Assembly: GCA_963695545.1 (NCBI GenBank)
Contig: OY968796.1
Span: 2,528,001-2,592,000 of the forward strand
Length of the DNA: 64,000 nt
Direction: 5' to 3'
DNA from: Terriglobia bacterium
GTDB lineage: Bacteria; Acidobacteriota; Terriglobia; Acidiferrales; UBA7541
The notes below the pieces were generated by a model, which searched no databases, was not told the DNA's origin, and saw only the letters and a list, made by a program, of their open reading frames with translations. How positions within the stretch are numbered: the first letter of the stretch is position 1; each line of letters opens with the position of its first letter. Positions 63,209-64,000 of the stretch are shown here, in pieces. The position numbers and the translations under genes are program-made.

Positions 63209-64000
63209 TCAGTTCGCGGCGAGAGTGTTCAAGTTGCAGGTTGCGCTGACCGGATTAAAGGAAAAATTTCCGCCGGCGTCCTCACCGCTCAGCAGGCGCC
63301 CGTTCAGCGTAATCGTGCCCGAGCCGCTGAGGCTTCCATTTGGCCGCACCACCAAAGTGAACGGCTTGTCATTCGCGACGGCGATCGAGACCTGCCCCCC
63401 GGACTCCCGCAGCGAGTACGTCTTCAAAACGTGCGCTTGGCCGCAATCGAGCACGACGCTTTGGTATTGGAATTCGACGCGCAGCCCGCCCGCGGCCGAA
63501 TACACGCCGGACATTTCTACACCCGGCGGAGGCGTTGCGCCGGATGTGTCCGCGCCAAACAGGGCGGCCTGCGTCGCGCTGGGCTTCGCGGCAGGTGGCG
63601 CAGTCTGCGGCGCGAACGTGCCAAACGAGCAACTCACCGTCGCGGGTGCATAAATCGGGACCTGTTTCGTCGTCGTACTGCCGGGGACTGCCCTGCCATT
63701 GTGGTATTCGGTTGTGGTGACGGTTCGATGGCCGGTGATCACTTGGCCGGTGACCGTCTCGCTGCCGGGGCCGACGACTTGCCCGCCGGAATTCAGAGTC
63801 AGCGGCAGCGGTTCGGGACTGTTGGCGATTTGCACGAGGTAACCATTGCCGCTGGCCGCCATCGTGTATGTGATTGGCAGCTCTGCGAGGTTTCCGCAGC
63901 CCGACAGGCCAACCACGCTTTGCCCCGGCGGCGCTGGCCCGATATTGAAATTCAGAACCATGCCGTTCGCGGCTTTGTATTGCCCAACCATCACTGGACC
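63209..64000 (-). CDS. Hypothetical beta-rich exported protein (5'-truncated by window edge)
   Basis: Frame open to the window end; two internally similar beta-rich modules, each with paired Cys. Confidence 0.55.
   Translation of the reverse strand, partial: GPVMVGQYKAANGMVLNFNIGPAPPGQSVVGLSGCGNLAELPITYTMAASGNGYLVQIANSPEPLPLTLNSGGQVVGPGSETVTGQVITGHRTVTTTEYHNGRAVPGSTTTKQVPIYAPATVSCSFGTFAPQTAPPAAKPSATQAALFGADTSGATPPPGVEMSGVYSAAGGLRVEFQYQSVVLDCGQAHVLKTYSLRESGGQVSIAVANDKPFTLVVRPNGSLSGSGTITLNGRLLSGEDAGGNFSFNPVSATCNLNTLAAN

Overview
A 64 kb GC-rich bacterial chromosomal segment (about 60-65% GC by eye). The gene families (Ser/Thr kinase-PD40 fusion, PilZ-like/TonB_C protein, fused E1 alpha/beta, two subunit-III cox genes, PEP-CTERM-like protein) point to Acidobacteriota; this assignment is an inference. 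Most of the window is core or housekeeping content: a hexuronate/KDG catabolic cluster, galE, an aromatic amino-acid decarboxylase, tRNA-Gly(GCC) with a nucleotide-salvage trio (NDT-like, yjjX, tdk), nagZ, uppP, gap-pgk-tpiA-secG-tRNA-Leu(GAG), an A1-type cytochrome c oxidase operon, an SOS-box-controlled MrfA/MrfB-like helicase-exonuclease pair, msrPQ, a copper-handling locus and a 2-oxoacid dehydrogenase E1. I saw no integrase, transposase, prophage or CRISPR array. Four signals stand out. (1) An unannotated 49-aa secreted Pro-rich peptide gene (38951-39100) sits upstream of a 7-TM protein, a coupled single-TM protein and an HD-GYP regulator, next to an XRE/S24-like regulator: a candidate peptide-signalling system. 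(2) Two diverged copies of a non-coding element (about 20.7-21.0 kb and 46.86-47.12 kb) share a promoter, a spacer of about 110 nt, an array of 29-bp quasi-palindromes and a TACC(G)GGGGTGTA end. (3) A duplicated kinase N-terminus plus a structured insert forms a coupled leader ORF in front of the Ser/Thr kinase. (4) A Cys-rich, polyproline-tailed ORF lies upstream of a TonB-dependent receptor in the copper locus.
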